A stretch of DNA of 64,000 bases, from positions 23,458,534-23,522,533 of the forward strand of contig CM120644.1 in NCBI GenBank assembly GCA_051362555.1, written 5' to 3'. Below are positions 57,953 through 64,000 of the stretch, in pieces. The notes below the pieces were generated by a model that worked only from the letters and a program-made list of their open reading frames with translations, was not told where the DNA came from and did no database searches. Made by a program: the position numbers and the translations under genes. Numbering within the stretch: position 1 is the stretch's first letter; every line of letters starts with the position of its first letter. This DNA comes from Lingula anatina (lineage: Eukaryota > Animalia > Brachiopoda).

Positions 57953-58957
57953 TTAGTGTTCCCCCTCCCCTTGCTGCAAAGACGGACAGTTACGCCATTT
58001 GTGTCCTCGCTCCTTGCAATAATCACATAAACCTTGGAAGGTATGATCAATTTTCCTAGGTTCAAATTCCATTGCATTCCGAGCATTGGTTGGCCAGCGG
58101 TCCTTTCTCTCACATGCCATTTGACAACCCTGACTCTTGCCACTTACAGGAGCTATTGTATTCCTACCTCGTGGAAAATTGGGTTTTGTGTGGTAACGGT
58201 CCTTGCTCCGTCCATTAAAAGCTTCAGGTGATCTCATGGCACCTGTGTTGGCACCAGAACCAAACACAGGATTAAGTTCCTGTTGCCTCCATTTCTTTTG
58301 TTCCACAGTGAGCTCAGCCATGCACTCCGATAATTTCTGTACTTGGGCCACCAGTTGCGTCAGCATGGGATCTCGGTCTCCCTTACTCTCAGCTGGGCCT
58401 TTTTCCATTGAACGGACAGCATTTCTACCATGGGCAATACGCTGAACTTGTTCAAATTGCTCTGCCTGCTGCACAGCAACTCGTAGACTTTCTGGATTTT
58501 TAGTAAGGAGATGAAGTTGCAGATCACCATCCCCCACACCTCTAATAAATTGCTCTTTGGCGAGGGCATTTCGAGCTGCTTCTGGAAAATCGTTGTATGC
58601 CAAACGGACAGCCTCCATGATTCGCAGTTCAAATGCGACCAGTTTTTCTCCTGGACCCCGAACCAGCGCCATAAAATTTTGTCGTCTCATCAAATTATGT
58701 TCTCCTGGCACTAACCTGTGTCGCAAGGCCTGTTTGAGTGCAGGATAATCTCCTTTTTCTGCCTCTGTCAGGGAATCATAGGTCATAAATGCCCGCCCTG
58801 ATAGATATAGAGGTAAAACAACATGTCTGGGCTGTACATTGTCCGCTGGGGGCTCTGAGAAACACAACTCAAATTTCTTGAACCAGAGTTCAAAATTTTC
58901 CGTGTTTTCCCCTGAGAACTCCGGTAACTTTGGTCTGGCGACTCCAACAGATGCCAT
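57953..58957 (-). CDS. Gypsy Gag
   Basis: PKLPEFSG...FELWFKKFE, EQFIRG, and C-terminal CCHC knuckle CDYCKERGHKWRNC; directly upstream of pol. Confidence 0.9.
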   Translation of the reverse strand: MASVGVARPKLPEFSGENTENFELWFKKFELCFSEPPADNVQPRHVVLPLYLSGRAFMTYDSLTEAEKGDYPALKQALRHRLVPGEHNLMRRQNFMALVRGPGEKLVAFELRIMEAVRLAYNDFPEAARNALAKEQFIRGVGDGDLQLHLLTKNPESLRVAVQQAEQFEQVQRIAHGRNAVRSMEKGPAESKGDRDPMLTQLVAQVQKLSECMAELTVEQKKWRQQELNPVFGSGANTGAMRSPEAFNGRSKDRYHTKPNFPRGRNTIAPVSGKSQGCQMACERKDRWPTNARNAMEFEPRKIDHTFQGLCDYCKERGHKWRNCPSLQQGEGEH

Positions 58958-59272
58958 TTTGATACGGTCCCTTAGCTTTGCAGACTAAAAGCAGGTTACA
59001 ATTGATAGAATTTCTATGAAAAGTTGTCAGCAGATACTATGTTTCTCTTAAAATCTAATAACAAGGACTGTCAGAGTCTTCACCAAAGTCTGTTTGGTAA
59101 TTAAATAACACGTAACACATTATAACATAACGTGCGCCGCTTTTCAGATTCAGTGTCGTTTGCAACTTGCCAGGCAATGGGTCCGTGAATTCTCCAGTCT
59201 TCGTGCCCCGCTTTTGGGCGCCAATTTTGTAGCGGTGCACTTCCTCAGCAATCCAGTACAACAACGCTGTGC

Positions 59273-61430
59273 TTTTTATGTACAGACACAGATGTGTCTG
59301 TACATATAGCCATCATCTGCGTCTGTCGTCGCCGTCGTCTCCGTGCACTTTTACCGATAACACGATAAGTGGAAAACCATTTTACCTTTTGACTTGAAAC
59401 TTGCAGAACTGATGAATATTCATAATACGCAGGTCAAGTTCGAAAATCAGCATGATCGGGTCACTTTTAGGGAATTTATGCTGTTTTTTCACTATTTTCA
59501 GCATATATGCAGCACCGATAACACGATAAGTGGAAAACCATTTTACCTTTTGACTTGAAACTTACAGAACTGATGAATATTCATAATACGCAGATCAAGT
59601 TCGAAAATCAGCATGATCGGGCCATTTTTAGGGAATTTATGCTGTTTTTTCACTTTTTTCAGCATATATGCAGCACCGATAACACGATAAGTGGAAAACC
59701 ATTTTACCTTTTGACTTGAAACTTACAGAACTGATGAATATTCAAAATACGCAGGTGAAGTTCGAAAATCAGCATGATTGGGCTATTTTTAGGGAATTTA
59801 TGCTGTTTTTTCACTATTTTCAATATAAATACAACACTGATAACACAATATAAGAAAAAGGGATTGGCCAATTGTAATTATACTCACAGGAGTGGTCAAT
59901 CTTACTCAGACGCAGGTTGAGTTCAAAAATAAGCATAATCAGGCCATTATTTTAGAAGTTATACCGTTTTTTCACATTTCCTCAGCTTCAATTATTAGGC
60001 ATGTTAGCAGTCTCATTATTTAACTAATAAGATGCCTAAAAGTGTTTGTTTGATATTTCCTGCATCTTTACAACATTGTTAGTTGATTATGTAAAAAACA
60101 TGGTAAACTTGTTATCATGTATTGTGTAATAAAGTGTCAAAAATGGAAATAAACTCATATCAGTGCAGTTTGTCAGATTCAATCATCCACTATGTTCAGA
60201 ATCTCAGAATGGAGGAAATTGGACATTTAACACTGTTCTATTGATACTTTTCCCATCTCATCAATTTTCTTAGTTGGTCATATAAAATGGCAGTAAAATG
60301 TTTATTTTGTTTTATGTTAAAAAAGTGTTAAAAATGGAAAGAAGCCCATTTCAGAACAGTGCTGTCTTGTTTACATTTTGGCATTTTCAAGGAGTGACTT
60401 TGAAGTTCCATGGGCCTGAAGACCTTTGCTAGTCACATTTTCTGAATATCTGTGAAACAAAGAAGAAACCCCTATTTTGGGCACTGCTTCCATGATGACC
60501 ATTTAAGGAAAATCATGTCACTTACTGTTCTCAAACTTACAGGAAAGAAACATGGGACTAAAATACAGCTTCAGTAGGCAATGCAGTCTGTTTGGTATTT
60601 TTATTTATTTATTTATTTATTTATTTATTTTTTTTTGGCAGTTAAACAGTTTTTTGTGAAAATTTAATTTTTCACATATTGGCATTTTCAAGGTGTGACT
60701 TTAAAGTTCCATGATCTTGAAGACTTTTGCTTGTCACATTTTCTGAATGTCCATGTTACTAATATTTTATTAATAACATTTGATTGTCATTATGCTGTTA
60801 AACATTATGTAATATTGCATCAAAATTTGAAGAAACCCCTATTTTGGGCACTGCTTCCATGATGACTATTTAAGGAAAATCATGTCACTTACTGATCTCA
60901 AACTTACAGGAAAGAAACATGGGACTAAAATACAGCTTCAGTAGGCAATGCAGTCTGTTTGGTATTTTTATTTATTTATTTATTTTTTTTGGCAGTTAAA
61001 CAGTTTTTTGTGAAAATTTAATTTTTCACATATTGGCATTTTCAAGGTGTGACTTTAAAGTTCCATGATCTTGAAGACTTTTGCTTGTCACATTTTCTGA
61101 ATGTCCATGTTACTAATATTTTATTAATAACATTTGATTGTCATTATGCTGTTAAACATTATGTAATGTTGCATCAAAATTTGAAGAAACCCCTATTTTG
61201 GGCACTGCTCCTATGCTGACCATTTAAGGGAAATCATGTCACTTACTGTTCTCAAACTTACAGGAAAGAAACATGGGTCTAACATACAGCTTCAATAGGC
61301 AACGCAGTCTGTTTGGTAAATTTTTCTGGCAATTTAACAGTTTTTTGTGAAAATTTAATTTTTCACTTATTTGCATCTTTATTTTCTGTTCTTTGTCTGT
61401 ACATTTGACAGCTTTGCTGCCTTGTTTTTT
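59273..61430 (+). mobile_element. HINE copy E, inserted in a T-run of the Gypsy 5' LTR
   Basis: Complete ends (atgtacagacacagatgtgtctgtacat ... tgtctgtacatttgacagctttgctgccttg). Three ~161-bp units and an internal ~365-bp duplication. The empty site gctttctttttcataa is visible in the other LTR (53339-53354). Confidence 0.88.
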
Positions 61431-62127
61431 CATAAATTTAATAGGTTAACGATATATAAGCTACTAAGCAGTGCACAAGCTGCTCAGCGTCTGCTACGAC
61501 GCCATGTTCCTTCCCCCCCCCCCCCCCCCACCATAATTTGAGGAACCTGTTTAGTATATTTTTAATCTATGTCTAGAGAAATGCTTGATTGAAGACTCAC
61601 AATTGATATGTGCTGTGTGCAATAATTGTGTGTGGGTATGTACATATAAGGCCTTAGATGGTGTTACTAAGCAGTTTGTAATTTTATTTAGGAGAATTCC
61701 ACAACTGGTGGTCACAATTTAAAAATGCACAACCCACATGTACAACAGTCATCAGTTTCTGCATATCAGACCATCTGTGGGAGGTGCACTATAAAAAATT
61801 TTATATTTCTTGCAAACTTTTTCATTTAGCCTTTAAAAATATGAGAAAGAAAAAGTGTTTTCATTTCTTCTTGTGCTTCTGCTCACAATTCTAAATAAAT
61901 AGAATACCTGTCCTTGTTGTATGCAAGCTATCAGGATAACAACTTTAAAACAACAAATGAACAATTAAATAAATAAACAAATCCAATTAAATAACTCCTG
62001 TCATGCACTGAATTTCACTCTCCTGATGTTCAGATCCTGTCATCTCAGCTGGTGACAGAGATATAAGAATATTTTTTTGCTGCTTCTACCTTGTGTGCCA
62101 TCTAGCTGCCTTTTGTACCTGTCACCT

Positions 62128-62167
<40 letters not shown>

Positions 62168-62946
62168 CCTTCTTTTTGATAACCAAGATTTATTTTCACC
62201 CAATCATTCAGTGTGGCTTGGTGGGAAAATGTCAGATCAATTTCCTAAATGTAAATTAACAAAAAAAAAATAACAATAGTTATTTTTATTCATATTGTAA
62301 CTTGCATCATAATACAGTAGGAAAACACAGAATTCAACATTTTTCAAATTTATTTCATTAAGTTCATTCAATTAAATGGTACCTGAGCTAGAATATAGGC
62401 TATACTTACAAAACGGATTTACTCTTAACACTACACTAAATCTAAAATCAAGCCACTAACTTCCAAATACACATGACACAGGTACATGTAATTGATTTAA
62501 TTGGCCCAGCTGAGCTGTGTACATTGTACTGTAGCCTTGACACTAATTGACAATAATGCTAACCAGGTATTAAAGAGGTAGATGACAGCAGATAAAATCC
62601 AAAGAGCACCATAACTGATAACAAATTACACCCAAGGCAATAAGTGAGTCTTCATAATGAATGTCGAAACCTTGCCTGGGTATTTCCACACGTTTTTACA
62701 TCACACTCTCCACCAAGACTTTTTGGGCACTACTAATATGCAGTGTACGTGCGCTCATATCTTATACACCTCGGTCTTTGGTTTTCTACTTTTTTTCTTT
62801 TATGGTAAAGGCTGCACAGCTGGGTCTTCATTCTTTGCTGTAAAATAAATTAGTTTTATCCTTTACTTGTCCGATGAGTCTTGATTCAAGGCTACTCCTC
62901 AGTCTCTCCTCCGTTTACGGTTTTCGTCCCTTCACCTTGGATTGTT

Positions 62947-63172
62947 GGGGGCGTCTCGATAGTCCGAAGGTTCATTGGTCCGAAGGTTCATTGGTCCGAA
63001 AATTCGTAAATTTTTCATCAGATTTTCAACAAAAAGGTTCATTGGTCCGAAGGTTCATTAGTCCGAAAATTAAAGGTCCATTGGTCCGAAGGTTCATTAG
63101 TCCGAAGGTTCGATAGTCCGAAGGTTCGATAGTCCGAAGGTTCATTAGTCCGAAGGTTCGATAGTCCGAAAC
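62947..63172. repeat. 16-bp tandem motif array (ggttcattagtccgaa / ggttcgatagtccgaa), probably a DNA-transposon subterminal array
   Basis: About 11 copies after gggggcgtctc; the partner end is not seen in the window. Confidence 0.6.
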
Positions 63173-64000
63173 ATTTTAAGATGTTCTTCGATTTTAAGAA
63201 TTATAATTACAAACGGAATCTAAGGGTGCGTTCCCAACGAAACTATCATTCTACGTAGATTGATCCAACTCCACCAGGATTCTCACTGTATGCAATCAGA
63301 TTACCAATCCTGGAGCTGCTAGGGGGTGATTAACTTTCGTGTGAACTCAGCTTCTAGAATCTTTATCATTTCGTTTTGAGTGCGACCGAAACGCACGTGA
63401 AAATTATCCATATAGGTCGTATTGTTTCCGTGAACTACTCTTTACAATGTGGGGAAGTTTGGGGATATGCAATGGCTACCCTTTCCAACTCATGAACACC
63501 ATACATGTTTCACATGAAATATTGAATAAAGATTGGAACGCATAAAATGAGAGGACGCCTATAATGACATTTAATCGAATGGCCTGTGCTATTATTTTTG
63601 AATTGTATAAGAAACTGATAAAAGTGGTTTTACGCTCCATCAAGGCTACCTTTAAGCGCACACTGATTATTTTCAAAAGAAAAAAACGGGTGTTTCAATT
63701 ACGAAATTTTTTGGATTGCGGGAGAGTCCCGTTTTTCTAGAGACCAATTGCGGTTCACGTCCACCCTGTACTCATGAATATCAAGTCAACAGTTTCGTAA
63801 AAAATCAGTGATAATCGACAAGAGCACTTTTACAATTAGTTTGAGTTTCTTACGATGTCTTAAGATACTATTATTAGAATTCATCTTCTAACCTACACAT
63901 TACTTAAATAATGTAAAAGTTATAAAATAATTGCATTTCCAAACAAACTATGTTGTTCGCACAGCCCACTCCCCTCCCCTCCCCCCCCCCCCCAAAAAAA

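Larger units (their letters stand above)
53296..61529 (-). mobile_element. Gypsy/Ty3 LTR retrotransposon with short (193-bp) LTRs; 5' LTR split by a HINE and truncated
   Basis: 3' LTR 53296-53488 (TGTAGCGG...CCGTTACA) with adjacent PPT. 5' LTR is 59228-59277 + ~61425-61529. PBS TGGCGCCCAAAAGCGGGGC (tRNA-Lys-like) at 59205-59223. Confidence 0.9.

Noticed and set aside
43537-58748. Numerous antisense or overlapping short ORFs within BEL and Gypsy
   Set aside because: Shadow frames of long coding sequences with no recognisable motifs.
62640-62945. Possible minus-strand exons near the window end
   Set aside because: Splice-like signals exist but there is no coherent reading frame or homology I can support.

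Overview
AT-rich, intron-containing eukaryotic DNA, most consistent with a marine invertebrate such as a mollusc or other lophotrochozoan (inferred from the TE repertoire). Host-type genes: (i) three exons of a KIFC3-like kinesin-14 motor (1872-3602), frameshifted in switch I and with no downstream exons; (ii) an intact 8-coding-exon, ~344-aa gene (6351-14704) joining an hnRNP C/RALY-type RRM to two BCL11-like zinc fingers and an acidic tail; (iii) an intronless type II membrane DxD glycosyltransferase-like ORF (19378-20721). The rest is mostly nested mobile DNA. An intact single-ORF PHD-APE-RT LINE with a 2A-like motif lies in the hnRNP C-like intron. A ~19-kb Ginger1-type DNA transposon (21091-40390), largely missed by the ORF track, has 11 recoverable exons encoding integrase + Ulp1 protease + PHD and carries lesions. 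A decayed RTE-X-like LINE hosts a solo LTR and an intact BEL/Pao element, whose 3' LTR carries a TIR MITE. An intact-ORF Gypsy element has a 5' LTR split by a Helentron-type HINE. At least five copies of that satellite-bearing HINE, several MITEs and a Penelope-like hairpin are also present. All exon models and motif matches were read by eye; no database searches were run.
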